Below, piece by piece: positions 42,722 through 56,905 of a stretch of DNA of 64,000 nt (its first letter is position 1; each line of letters starts with the position of its first letter). The position numbers were made by a program, and so were the translations under genes. The stretch spans positions 43,710,001 through 43,774,000 of the forward strand of contig CM022665.1 of NCBI GenBank assembly GCA_012295275.1. Reading direction: 5' to 3'. The notes beneath the pieces were generated by a model. The model made no database searches. It worked only from the letters and a program-made list of their open reading frames with translations, and was not told the origin of the DNA. The DNA comes from Chrysomallon squamiferum (taxonomy: Eukaryota > Animalia > Mollusca).

Positions 42722-42950
42722 TCAGAGAAGAAACATTATTAGTTTCCAGTACGGGACGACGACAGCACGTACCTTTATCTTTGTTTTTTCCCACCCCCCC
42801 TCTAAAACATAATCATACATTAGCTGATCTAATTATAAACAGCTCTCCTAGCGGTGAGAAATGAACAAGTGAAATTTGACAACAGGAAGTGAAACTAACA
42901 AATGGAATTGGCTCATTTTTTAAATATTTTTTTTCTTTCTTTCTTCGTCT

Positions 42951-42999
<49 letters not shown>

Positions 43000-43542
43000 A
43001 TTAAAAAATAAAAACATGAGGAAAACATGTTTATTACGACGTGGGAGTATTTTATGACATGTGTTGTGTTTTTTGTCAGTTTCCCACAGCACGCGGGCCT
43101 GTGACAGACACTCGCAATCCCGTGAGTCAGCGCGTGGGCCAAAAAAATAAACCACATGTCCCCCTAGTGATGAGGGGCCTGTTTTGGGTAAACACACAAA
43201 AATTAAATATATTGTGTATTTAAAATTTTAAAAAAATGTTTTCTCTTTCTTTTTCTTTCTTTGTTTCTAATGTTGTGTTGTTGTTGTTTTTTTTCAGTTC
43301 TTTTGTTTATTTTATTTATTTTTTAATTTTTACTTTAAACATAATTAATGCGATAATGTTACATGCTTCAACATGAAAAATCATGGAATATGATATACGA
43401 AAATCTCTGTTATGCATGTAAACTGCAATTAGCCTATGTAAATCGAAACATCACTCAGAAAATTGTATAAAAAATGCCTGATTCTATGTTCAGTTTTCAG
43501 TGTAACGTCATCGTCGTTGGTTAATTTGTGTTGGTTCTAATT

Positions 43543-43626
<84 letters not shown>

Positions 43627-44257
43627 CCCATCCCTTAAGATATTTCAAATTATCTACGGAGTTCATCATTTATTGACAGATACAAAACTCGACCGAGAGG
43701 TGAAAGTTCGAAGGATCGATACTTCTCAATGCTTCGGTTGTTGTTTTTTCTCGATCTAACACATACCTCCACAACATGACGAGTATTTTCTATTATAACG
43801 TATTATAACCAATTTTCAGTTTCTGAGTTTTAATGTTTTCATGAGATCTACATTACCAGACTGTTTGGAAATGGTAATTACTACTGACTACTTTATAATA
43901 CAATATTCAGTGACATTATTTGTATATATGGTTTGCCATTATGCTGCAGAACATACATCAAACCAGGAGTATGACTATTACAAATTCTGATCACGGCTTA
44001 TGCTCTGAATCTCTAAGCATTATAATAAAACATACATCCAGTATGAATGGTCTGATGTATGATAACACCGGCTTCCTTTGTCATTGCGTAGAAACTTATT
44101 TATTTTTGAAAAAACAAAATGCGTTAAGAAGATGTTCAAAGAATCAATGTTTAACGATCTTAAGGGCAAATGTATTATTACTGTTGTTGTTGTTGTTATT
44201 GTCGTTTTTCTTCTTTTGTTCTTATTGTTGTTGTTGTTGTTGGTTATTATTATTATC

Positions 44258-44291
<34 letters not shown>

Positions 44292-44292
44292 A

Positions 44293-44334
<42 letters not shown>

Positions 44335-45729
44335 TATTATATTATTTTGCTATTATTGTTGCTGTATAGTTTGTTGTTATTATTATATTTATTGGTGTCG
44401 TCGTTGTTGTCTTTGTTGTTGTTATTATTCAAGAAGAAGACCACTAGTATCATACATTATTCAGTGATGGCGTCATTCGTCATTTTAAACGGACTTATCA
44501 TTTAATAAAAACGCAAACCCTTTTCGAACCCCATTGTGTTGCATCTGGAGATGGTAAAAGATGCACAATGCGATCACGCGCATTCCGTCGGTACATGCAC
44601 GAGATGCGCCAGCTACTACAAACCAAGAGATGATCTCTCTCCCCCCACTTCTTCTTCTTCACCGTGGGAAAATTGTAAAAAAGGCCCAGAAACATGTATT
44701 TCGTAATCTAGCGAGTTTTGGCGCCAAAACGATTGCCATTATCTCGGAGGCTGTTATGTTCAGGGTGATTTGACGGGAAAGGAACTAAATGATCTGTTTT
44801 GAGGCCAGGGTCGGTTCAAGAGAAAATGGCAACGACTCTGGGATGTTTTCAATTTACTTAGGAAAGTCCAACAGCGATTTCAAGGATACTAATGGACTAA
44901 TTTATGACCTGAGAGAGAAACACAGAGAGAGAAACCAGAAAATCCGGGATCATTTGCAAGATGATGAATTGTAAAAATAATTCAAATTCTCGTCACCACG
45001 TCGTAAGACCAGTTACCTCTGTCTGAATCGAGTTGCACCGGAGTTTATCTGGTTTCTTTCTCTTTTTTTCTTTAAATAATCCTTGAAATTTCAGACAGCT
45101 TAACCCGTTTGGTTATGTTGAATTTTAAAATAAAACCCTCTAATTTTGAAGGATTTCCTCCTAAAGATTAAATGCCAGAATTAACAATCTTATTATAAAG
45201 TGCAGTAACAGAGTAACAGAAGATTAATCAATACCAGACACTTTGCTGTGGTTAAACCCCAGACAGAAAGAACTGACAGGTACCGGGATCAAATGTCTGT
45301 ACATTTGTTCTCCTGTATAAAATATAAGCCGAGGTGTAAATTCACTATACTAATCTACTAATAACTGTTAAAACTGATTTTATGAGACTGTCTGACCAGA
45401 CCAGACAAACGTGTTTTATTCAAAAACAAAAGACACACTAACATTGAAACTGATAGTAAAAATAACCAGACAAAACAGGCATGGTATGTCAAAACCTTTC
45501 AAACAATTAACCGATTAACTGAATTAATTAATCTGATGAACCAGTGGTGCATGTTAGTCTATTTTAAATGGTTTATTGGTTGAAAAACTGAAGTATTGAC
45601 TGTTCAATGGATCTTGTATAAACAAAAGCAAAATTTCTTCTTCATGGCACTAGTTAATAAATGAATACATAACAACGTCTCAACATATTTCAGTATTAAC
45701 GTCTGATATTACACTGAGACGAGCATGTG

Positions 45730-45968
45730 TACCCATTCACACCACACAAGGGTTAATCCTATCAGTTAGCAAAAAGAAGTGTTTTATACACACCTTCTCA
45801 TAAACAGTAAAATATATTAACTACAACGGTGATCCTGCAACCTGATTCACACAAATCAAGGGCTACTCCTGTCAATTAGCAAGAAGAGGTATTTTATAAG
45901 CACCTACTCATAAACAGTACTATAATGTATTAACGATAACGGTGATCCATCCTGCAGACTGATTCACG
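45730..45968 (-). mobile_element. Tandemly duplicated (~110 bp x2) SINE body fragment
   Basis: Two copies of AAGGG.TA.TCCT.TCA.TTAGCAA.AAGA.GT.TTTTATA..CACCT.CTCATAAACAGTA..ACGGTGATCC. Related to 53345-53470 and, from memory, to an abundant gastropod SINE (not verified). Confidence 0.55.
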
Positions 45969-46624
45969 TCACGCCGAAGCTTTTAATAACTGAAGCAGAG
46001 TGTATTTACCCTCAATGAGTCTATTACCGTTTTGCCGTTCTTAAACAGTTTCTCATTACTGTTATCTCTTTTCACTTCAGATTTCATCTTCTTCAGAATG
46101 TCTTATCTACTTTGTATTAAACTGTCAGTCAACGCTTACACTGCTGAGTCAAATATCTGGCAATGTTTTATTCTGTCTGATAATTAGAAACGCTAGTCTT
46201 GTACTAAATGGGTTATGTCTTTGTTCGGATTTTTTCCGGGAATGAGAAAATGTTTTAAAAAAAAAAAAAAAAAAAAAAAATAAAAGAATGAAAAATGGGA
46301 AGAAGAAGAAGGACAAAGAAGAGCAAGAAGAATGAAAAAGAAAGGAAAGAAGACAGAAAGAAGAAAAGAAGAAGTTAAATACTTAGTATTATTTGTTGAC
46401 ATCATTTCAGTTATCATCTAAAAAAACCACTAAACTTAATTTACACGTATTCTTGAATAGCTGAGACGAAATGTGCCATATTAAATTAAAAGCTTAAATC
46501 CTTTGATAACAATGAATCCTATAAAGTTAATCCTAATACTTCAATAACAAAGACTAGTCAAACCATAACACTGTAACAGGATTTTTTTCTGAGAAGACAT
46601 CGCGATTTTTTACACTCTCCATAT

Positions 46625-46830
46625 TTTCTTAGGGTAAGATCCAGTAATGGGTTGGGTGGGCATTCGATCGCACAACCTATCAGTTCAGTACCATTAAGCT
46701 CAACCACTCGTTTTTCTATTTCATAACGGAAATATTCATAAAGAGAATAAGCACCACGTTTTCACAATTAGCTCCGACCTCCGAGATTTGAACCCAGCAA
46801 CTACTCATTACGTCTCGGCCTTTGCGCCGC
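46625..46830 (-). mobile_element. Two degenerate tRNA-derived SINE heads
   Basis: Minus strand has AGTGGTTGAG..GATCGAATGCCC and ..GCTGGGTTCAAATCTC (B-box-like); no complete cloverleaf. Confidence 0.45.
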
Positions 46831-47411
46831 ATAGCTGACATTCTGTGTGGTTTAAGGCTGGCTGCTAAGATATGATGATGTATGTACGTGTGTTTACAGC
46901 GAGAGATAATATTTGACATGTTTCCCACGCATTGAGACGGAGAAATTATTGCGAAAGTCGTAAACGTTCGGAACTGACGGTGTTACCGGAGCCTGTGGCA
47001 CCCATGAAAACCAGCCCGTGTGATCAACAGCTAATTATGGAATATGGACATTTTTTTTTTTACTCCCGTCTGAAGAAACATTAAGTGGTGGGTCTAGCTA
47101 CGGTCGCGTTGGTAAACTGGGTTTTTTTTACAGCGTAGGGTGAGGGGAAAGGTACAAGGTCTTGTACGTAGTAAACATTTTGCGAGGCCAATTTTCCCTT
47201 TAATTTTTCTAAAACGTCTTTGTTTGCTTTTTAATAGCGGTTCGGTTTACATGCAATCCTTCAGAGAGAAATATTTTTTTTTTTATTTTTTATTTTTTTT
47301 ATTTTAATGGCTGGCATATATTTATTTCTAAATTCGATTCTCAAGATATGGCTATCTTTCTGTCTCTCTGTCTGTCCATTTGTCATTTCTATTTGTCTTG
47401 GCACCTATGTT

Positions 47412-47442
<31 letters not shown>

Positions 47443-48607
47443 CTCCATGCATCCATCAATCTTCACTCTGTTTGCCTCTGTCTAGCTCTCTGTCTAGCTC
47501 TCTGTCTGTCTGTCTGTGTCATACATAAAATACATAAATATATATGTGTGTATGTGTATATATATATATATGCATGCATGTATGCATGTATATGTATACA
47601 TATGTATATATATATATATATACATATATATGTATGTATATCTGTATGTACGTCTGTGTGTGTGTGTGTGTGTGCGTGTTGTACTTTCACAAGAAAGGAC
47701 TTCTGAATCGCAATTAATATAAGACCAATTGTATCAAGTATAAGCGAAGTGGAAATATCACACTTTTATAACTAGCTGTGTCATTTTCCTGATTTAGATC
47801 AAGCAGTAAATCTAATACGTTTATTTATAAAATAAGCTGATATTTCAATTTATTTGGAACGACACCCTTGTTTATAAATTAAAAACATTTGTTTATATCG
47901 TTTCCAAATACTTTTATAATACAAAGGTATTTGAAGTTTTATAGTAAAAGAAACAACAACAACAACAACAACAACAGCAACAATAAACAAACATAAAAAA
48001 CCCCAAAACAAACAAAAGCATTGATATCTTGTTTTCAAATTCTGTATTCGAGTGTCTTTTGTTTTTCAGTAAAATAATATTTCATTATTTTAACAAATCA
48101 TACTCAGTCTTATGTGCCCGTTTCAACACTCAATTCATTTAAAACGTTGTACAGTCAATAACAACAACAAAATATATTAAAAAAAATGAAATAAAATAAA
48201 ATAAAATAAAAACAAACTCATAAATAAATAAAATAAAAAATAAAACAAACACTAATATCTTCCATGTGCATGGTAAGCAATAAAAGCTAATTGTAGAAAA
48301 TACGAAATTTTTTACAGTATGTTTCAACGATGCATATAATTATTTAAAAGAAAAAAATATATATATAAAAAAAGATAAAAATTAAACATTAAACAATGGA
48401 AAGAAAAAAAGTGAAAAGAAATAATAATAAAATTAAACTAAAACAAAAATATCAGATTGTTCGAATTATTGGACAAGGTCAGATTACAACTGCGTCGCTT
48501 TCAAACATGAACATCAAGCGAATTAGTACTCGCCTGACACATGATTATCAGTCATCCTTGATTCAAAAGAAAGTAAATGATTGTCTTTGTCGTAATATAT
48601 ATACTGT

Positions 48608-48673
<66 letters not shown>

Positions 48674-49226
48674 CGACCGACCAAAACAATCAGCTCATCG
48701 CTTTGTCATAACGATTATCACATTTTCACCAACACAACGTCGCTAGGTGTGAAGTCACCTTTAGTAAATCATCCGGAATGAGCTCATAAAAGGTGTCACG
48801 CGTTATAAATATGGATTTCGAGCAGACGGGGGATGAAAGAAAAGTAACTTTGTTTTAGAGAAAAAAAATAAAAAACCTGCTAAGAACGCGACGTTACTAT
48901 TGCAGAAGATTCTGCAGCTTGATGGACAAAACACTTGCGGACGAGACTGAAGGACGGTGGAAATGACGACGTTGACGACTGCTCGTCATCACGGGGACGA
49001 CATAAAGCAGGATGATACGTTGACGGCGGCGTGACACGACGTTGGCTGGCAGTGGAACTGAAAGGGTTAAATGGCAGACGTGGTTAATGCTTTAACATCT
49101 GGGCGATGTTTCAGTAAACAGATTTTGTATATATATAATATGTAGATGTTTTTTTTTTTATTTAAAAGAAAATACATAAACGGTTGCGAAATGGTGCAGT
49201 TTGTCATCGTATGTAACAATGTATAG

Positions 49227-49319
<93 letters not shown>

Positions 49320-49360
49320 TTCTCTATCTCTGTCTCTTTCTCTCTCTATCTCTCTTTCTC

Positions 49361-49474
<114 letters not shown>

Positions 49475-50530
49475 ACACACACAATACGGGCAGTTTGTTT
49501 ATGGAACAAGGAACAAATTATGTCTCAAGCACTCACACACAAATACATATACATTCATACATACTTACATACATTCATTCATACATACATTCATCCCTCC
49601 GTCCATGCATACATAATGCATGCGTGTTTATATATTATACATATGTACTTCTTTTTATATGCACAGATATATATGTTCGTACATTCAAGCATTTCTTATA
49701 TAGTACTGTACCTGAAGAAACTACGGTAAATCAAGAACATTTCAACCATAAATATATTTCATAAAAGCTCGAGAAATTAAACGGAAAATAATAATTAATA
49801 AAAAAAAACATTTAAAAAAAAAAAGTAGAAGAAGAAAAATATCTTGTGACAGTTACGAAGTCTATCTCAAAACGACAAAAACTCGTCTGTCGTCAAAAAC
49901 AGAATCAATTACTGCATGTCACTTTTATCTATTACGAATAACACACAGGCGACTTTAACTATTTATCAGCCATACCACCAAAACACCAAAACACAGTCGT
50001 TCGTTTAAACCAAAAACACACAACAAAGCAGCAGGCAAAGCGGTACGGTGATTCACACCAGTCTAGTAGTGAAAGCTTTACGGACGGAGGCGGAATTTAA
50101 CGAATCGAAAGCTGGGGGAAATACCGCTTCGTTTAACAGGCTTTTGGGAAGAAGTCAGACGAACTGTAAAGTGTTTAAGCGTGGATTTGTCTTGCAGGTT
50201 GTCTGCTATTCTCGTTACCGCTGCTCTCGCTCTCGCCCGCTCGCTCGCTCGCTCGCTCGTTCGTTCCTTGTCTGATCTTATCGTCTGCCTCGCCAGATCG
50301 CTATCTCTTAATTCCACCATAAAAGCCGGAGCACCCGAGCAAAGCTGATGACTTTTCGGTTATAACGCGCGGAAAAAATAAAAAGTAAAAAAAAATAAAA
50401 AAAAAAAAAAAAAATTTCTCATTTGCTTAGTTATTTCTTTGTACATTTTAAACAAATGTTTTGCAAAACTTTGATGATTCTGAAAAGTGGCATCATAAAT
50501 AGGGCAAGCGGGCGGGGGGGAGGAGCGTGT

Positions 50531-50570
<40 letters not shown>

Positions 50571-50764
50571 TTGGAAGCCTAACCGATTCATTCAGGCGGA
50601 ACGAAACAGTTTCGCAAGAATATATTAGCCATAACACGGATCGGTAAATAATTATTGTGGTCATTTTAAAAATGACAAATCCCTTATCTACGCGATATTG
50701 CTCTCTTTCTTTAATTGTGTTCCAAAAAAACACACATACAAAATATAATATATGATGACAGGTG

Positions 50765-50816
<52 letters not shown>

Positions 50817-50856
50817 AAAAGTAAAAAGAAAAAGAAGAATCTGTTGAATAGCAAAG

Positions 50857-50900
<44 letters not shown>

Positions 50901-51399
50901 AGAACATTTCCTGGATGATATTTGCGTATGTCATTTCACGGTAAATCTATTTAATATTAATTTACCAAAAAAAGACTTTTCAAGTTTCTGACATTTTATG
51001 GTGTTGATAAACTTTAGTAAATAAATAATAATAAAATAAATAAATAAAACGGCTGTTCATAAAGGGGAAAAAATAAAAAAATAAAAAAAAAAACTTTGAA
51101 AAAGAAGATAAATTAGATATGTACACGTATCACCTTCCCTAACCAAATAAATAAAAAAAAAATAAAATAAAATAAAAATAAATAATACGTAAATAAATAA
51201 GTAAATAACTAAATAAAGAAATCTATAAATAAATAAACAATGTAATAAAATAAAATAAATTAAAACAAATTTTGCAATGCATATAAAACACATTAAAGTT
51301 AAAAAAATTTTTTAAAAAAAGGTAAAAAAGAAGAAAAAGAAAAGATGATGAAATCAATATGTCAGTATTGAACATAATTCTAAAAATAATAACATATTA

Positions 51400-51650
51400 A
51401 CAAAATATAAACCATCATAAAAATAAATAAAAAATAAAATATAGAAAAATCATGATTTTTTTAATTGCAAGAGAAAAAAGTACATTAACAAAGCAAAAAC
51501 ATTAACAAACGTCACCGAACATTTTCAGAACTTAATATACACAAAAACTATTATTTCAAAAACTTTAACAAACAAGCAAATAAATTTATAAACCAATATA
51601 AACCAAGAAAAATAAAACAAATAATTAAAATTCAGGATTTGTTTTTAACT

Positions 51651-51695
<45 letters not shown>

Positions 51696-51800
51696 AATAA
51701 AATTAAATTAAAAATAATACTCAAAACATTTTAAAAAGAACTTAACATACACAAATACTCTAACAAACTCTAACAAACAAGTAAATAATAAAAATAAATA
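51400..51800. repeat. Degenerate ~200-bp tandem duplication
   Basis: AATATAAACCA.., GATTT..TTAA.TGCAA and AACATTTT..AGAACTTAA.ATACACAAA.ACT..AACT.TAACAAACAAG each occur twice in the same order. Confidence 0.6.
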
Positions 51801-52264
51801 AATAAATAAATAAAAAAATAAAAAAACTATATTGACGAATTAGCATGGAGGGACGGACATTCTACAAACACAAGCCCACGGAGATAAAGACAGTATATTA
51901 AGAGGTACTGACAAGGGGGAGCAGTGTTTGGTCTGCTAAAGAAATCAAGCGTTAACAAAACGGGACTAAAAGAGATTCTTGCGGAAAAACACGATCAGGT
52001 AATTCCTACTACAGACACGGCTTTGGCTGCCACTGGCAATGGCCGTGTCTATCTCACCACCCAATCACACCAATCCCGCTTTCTTATGGTCGTGTTATTT
52101 TACAGATAGCAAATCTTCACTGACAAAAAGAAAAAAAAACGCGGAAAACAAATAAAGATTTCCTAGCCAATTGTAACCGAAAAGTCTTCGCCGAATGGTT
52201 TTGTCATTTTTGCGAGAAGTTATGAGAGGAGAGAGAAGTAAAGTTTGTTTAAATGATCTCGATG

Positions 52265-52302
<38 letters not shown>

Positions 52303-52499
52303 TTACACGCTTACCACCTGCGTACCAATACCAATACAGCTGTGAGAGTTTTAATGTTACAACACAAACAGTTCGGATCGTGTAAAGCCAGAACAAACAT
52401 TCTAAACAGTTTCACAGACACCTAAACCGATTATCTGCGAATATTATGATAACAAAGGGAAGACGTTTTTTTTTTTTTTTTTGCTGTACATTAGACAAA

Positions 52500-52990
52500 A
52501 CTATATCGCTGTAGATTAGATAAAGTGTTTCATTATTTGTAGGTTGAATAACAAAGTATATAGCTATTCTATTTGTAGACTGGATACATGATTATTTGTA
52601 GATTCAAAACAACAAAGTAAAGAGCTATATGTAGATTAAATAACAAAGAGCTATTTGTAGACTGGATACATGATTATTTGTAGATTAAACAACAAAGTAA
52701 AGAGCTATATGTAGATTAAATAACAATGTATATAGCTATTTGTAGATTAGATACATCTTTATTTGTAGATTAAACAACAAAGTATATAGCTATTTGTAGA
52801 TTAGATACATCTTTATTTTTAAGATAAAAAAACAGGTATATAGCTGTTTGTAGATTAAACAACATAGCATATAGCTATTTGTAGACTGGACAAAAAAATA
52901 TAGACGACAAAATATATCACTATTTGTAAATTAGATTATAAAATTAACATCTATTTGTAAATAAGAATACAAAATATATCGCTATTTTAG
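52500..52990. repeat. Composite minisatellite built on a TATTTGTAGA core
   Basis: About 17 cores, with ~31-bp (..TTAAACAACAAAGTATATAGC) and ~23-bp (..TTAGATACATCTT / CTGGATACATGAT) units. Confidence 0.85.
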
Positions 52991-53344
52991 AAAAGACAGG
53001 TCGCAGGATCAAATCCCGTCAGTGGTCTCATAAAACATCAGATGTATCACAGAAGTAGCGTGTGTTTTCTGACAGTTGTAAATTCAGTGTAAAACATCAT
53101 TTGTTGTTTGTTACTGGGAAAGAATAATTCAGGTTGACGATGTCGAAGATGTTGTTGTTGATGATGATGATGGTGAAGATGATAACAGTGATGGAAAAAA
53201 AAGAAGAAGAAAAAATAAGAAACAGTCATAAAAGTGGAATACAGCAAGACATAAGAAAAGCACAACAAAAAAAAAAAAAAAAAAAAAAAAAACAAAAAAA
53301 AACTAAACAAGGAAAATAAACAAAACAAAGCTTTTAATGATAAT

Positions 53345-53470
53345 GAGACAAGAATCCCGCTGCCGTTATTCTTTTTACGATCAATAGCAAATAATCTTTT
53401 ATAGGTATATTCCCAAAGTAAACCAGTCACTGAGCACTTGGTGGAACGGGAACACGCCCAGTGGACACTG
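53345..53470 (-). mobile_element. SINE body fragment
   Basis: CCCGCTGCCG..ATCAATAGCAA..ATCTTTTATA..ACCAGTC..GAGCACT.GGTGGAACGGGAA..GCCCAGTGG; its reverse complement appears to continue the SINE heads seen elsewhere in the window. Confidence 0.5.
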
Positions 53471-54705
53471 TAAAATTATGGAAGACTGAAAAAATAGAAA
53501 TAGACGAAGAGAGAACAAAAATTATACCTTAACAGAAAAATAAACGAACAATCTAACAAACAAATAAACAAACAAACAAATAAATAAACAAACAAACAAA
53601 TAAATAAATAAATAAATAAAATGACGAAACAACATCAGGTGTTGGTCATTATTGTCAAATGGAATTATTATGACGACTCGATCTCAGGACCTGTGATTTT
53701 CAACAGGAATGATTAATAATATCTGACTTACGTATTATCTGTACAACAAAGAAATAGTTTTCTTTGAAAAATGAAAAAAAAAAAAAAAGGAATAAAAAAG
53801 AAAGAAAGAAAAAAAAAAAAAAAAAAAAGAACATTTTTTTTTAAGAAGAAGAAGAAAAAAAAAAAGAGAAAAATAAAAGGTTAAAAAAGAAGAAAGCCGA
53901 AAGAAGAAAAAAAAAAATTAAAAATAAATAAATAAAAGAAAAATACAGAAAATAAAAAGAAAAAAAAAGAGAAAAGAAAAAAAAAAATAAAAAGAAAAGA
54001 AAAAAAGAGACAGAGCGAAAGAGAGAGAGAAAAAAACGGTTTTAAAAATTAAAAAAAAAAAAAAAAAATTCAATATGGCGGTCGTCATGAAAGACGTATG
54101 ACCCATTTGACTGAGAGAATATGTCACAAGTTATTATCAGGTTCCCAGGCTTTTCAGACGAGATGGGTAAAACACTTACAGTTGTCTCTAAATAATCCCA
54201 GCCAGACACAGACCCTCGGAGAAAAAAAAAAAAAAAAATAGCCCAACCCATGATTTCTGAAGACAAGCTTTCAGTGATTACCAATTTATCAAAGACGTCA
54301 ACATTATCTGACTTGTTGAACGTCATATATTGTGACCTGTTTCAACGAAAGGCACTCAAAGACACTACAACTGATAGATTTAAAAAGGTTTGGAAAAATT
54401 GATGAATGAATGATGTGAAATAATAAACAAATAAATTAAATTATTTAAAGATAAGAACGAATGAATGTATGAATTATAAAATTAAAAAAAAAAAAAAAAA
54501 ATTAAAAATAAAATAAAATAAAATTTTAACTAATTAATAGTTAATAACTAAATAATTCGTAAATAAAAAAAGGAAAAATTGAAATAAAATAAAATAAAAT
54601 AACAGTACCCCCGAAAACATCCCACAAAACAAATAACCAAACAAACAACCAACCACATAAATAAATTAAAATGTAAATAAATAAACAAACAGCTAAGCAA
54701 ATAGG

Positions 54706-54740
<35 letters not shown>

Positions 54741-55610
54741 AAAATTTAAAATAAATAAATTTAAATAAACAAATATAATCACAAATAAATAATAATAATA
54801 AAAATAATAATAATAATAAAAATTAATTAATTAAAATAAAAAATAAAAAATATTTTTTTTAAAATAAAAATAACGCTTAGAAAACAATCACAGCCATCAC
54901 ACTCTTTACCACTCATTTTGCTTTAACACGTCACAACCACAATCGTTCACAGCCCAACAAACAGCTGAGCTACAGTGCCTCCGTCTCTTCTCTCCTGACA
55001 GATATATATATATCTGACCCCCTCGTGTAAATTAACAATATCACGAAGAAAGATCTATTATCGTGGAAACGTTACTCTCACTTCTTCTGGCAAGTTTACG
55101 ATCTTTTGACAGAAATGAATTTCTATATTTTCGGCTCTTAAAATGGAGTCGAAATTCCGACATATGTTATAGGTATAAAAGAAAATAATATTACCGCTTA
55201 CAGTCGTAAGTAAATTAATGCTATCTAGACACGGCAACATGTTTTTTTTTTTGTTTTTTTAAAGTTTTAGGATAAGTAAACAAGCTGTGGGTATCACGTT
55301 GTACACTTGTTTAAGTTGAACGAGGACAATAGTTCAGATGAATTCTGAACAAGAAAAATAAATATGAGAACTTGAATAAATTTACAAAGAATGGGGGGAA
55401 AAAAGAACAAAAACAACAACAAACAAATAGATCAGTAAGAACAAGAAGACATGATAATAATAATAAAACAACAACAACAAAAAGACAGTAAAAGTCAGAT
55501 GCATTCCAAGCTAAATAATAAAGGTAATAACGACATCATCATCAACATGCAGAAGAAGAAAAAGAAGAAGAACAACAAGTATAATAACAGTAACAACAAT
55601 AAATATAAAA

Positions 55611-55658
<48 letters not shown>

Positions 55659-55903
55659 AATAATAATAGAATATAATAAGAATCGATATTAAAAAAACAA
55701 TCGATATTAAAAAAAACAACAAAAAACAACAAAACAAACAAAAAACAAACAACAACAACAAAAAACCCCAGTAATAGTCAAATACTGTTCAGACTAAAAA
55801 AAAATTTAATTAAATTTATTTATTTATTTATTTATTCATTTATTTAACTGGGTATTACAATTCAAATTTTACAGATGCTAGACAGAGAGACCACAACAAA
55901 CAA

Positions 55904-55941
<38 letters not shown>

Positions 55942-56009
55942 ACAAAATAATTTTTTATTAATGACACTTCTCAAAACCTAAAAAAAAGAATCAAAATTTC
56001 AAAACGACA

Positions 56010-56045
<36 letters not shown>

Positions 56046-56059
56046 TGCTGATATTTTAA

Positions 56060-56170
56060 AAACCGAAACGCCTCTATCCGGAATCGAACCCGCTACCAGC
56101 AACAAACGCGAACCGGTCAAACAATCACACCAAAAACATACAAACGAACTCAACCAACCATTGTACTCAA
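56060..56170 (-). mobile_element. tRNA-derived SINE head / tRNA pseudogene-like fragment
   Basis: Good B-box GCGGGTTCGATTCCG on the minus strand, but no foldable tRNA. Confidence 0.45.
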
Positions 56171-56199
56171 CGCTCTTCCCCTTCTTCAACCCGTCTCCG

Positions 56200-56600
56200 C
56201 GCACACAAAACCCGTTTGCTGCACCAAAACGACGCCTTTTTCAACGCCTCATTGCCCTGTTTGGTTCCGCTCGAACACGCGCGCGCGGAAACGAAAACAA
56301 TTTTACTGCACCATTCTCAGCAAATTGCTGGATTTCTCGAAACATTTAAAAGTTTGCGGTGGGGGAGGGAGGCAGGCGGGCGGTGCTCGTAATCGCGGGA
56401 GTTTTTGCACGGCTTGGAAACATTATCATTTGCAATATTAGCCGACAAATTTTATGGGAAAGTGAATCGATAAGATCGCGCGGAATAGATGAAAGAACGT
56501 CAAAGCGGACGACACGTAACGACAACAAAGGAGAGCGCGCGCGCGCACGCGGCGGTGATCGGAAGCAGACGAAGACACACGACTGACGTCACTGGTTGGT
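56200..56600. promoter_or_regulatory. CpG-rich promoter/enhancer-like island
   Basis: (GC)n runs at ~56278 and ~56534, GGCGGGCGG, TCGCGGGAG, CGGAAG, TGACGTCA at 56584. Confidence 0.45.
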
Positions 56601-56841
56601 GGCAGACGATTTCGGGGAAAAAAAAGAAAAAAAAACTAGAAAAAAAAAAGTTGCAAGACGAATTAAAAGAAATGGCCTGGACGAATTTATCTGTTATATA
56701 TATATATACTGACAGACCAATATGGGAAAAGTGAGAGACGAATATGGGGAAGAGTAACAGATAAATATGGGAAATATAACAGGCGAAAAAGTAACAGAGG
56801 AAAATGTTAATAGAAATCAAAACGGATACCTTAAAATAATA

Positions 56842-56905
<64 letters not shown>

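Noticed and set aside
44789-44974. 61-aa hydrophilic ORF
   Set aside because: No recognisable family and no convincing splice or promoter context.
49968-49980. GCCATACCAC resembling the 5' end of 5S rRNA
   Set aside because: The match stops after about 10 nt.
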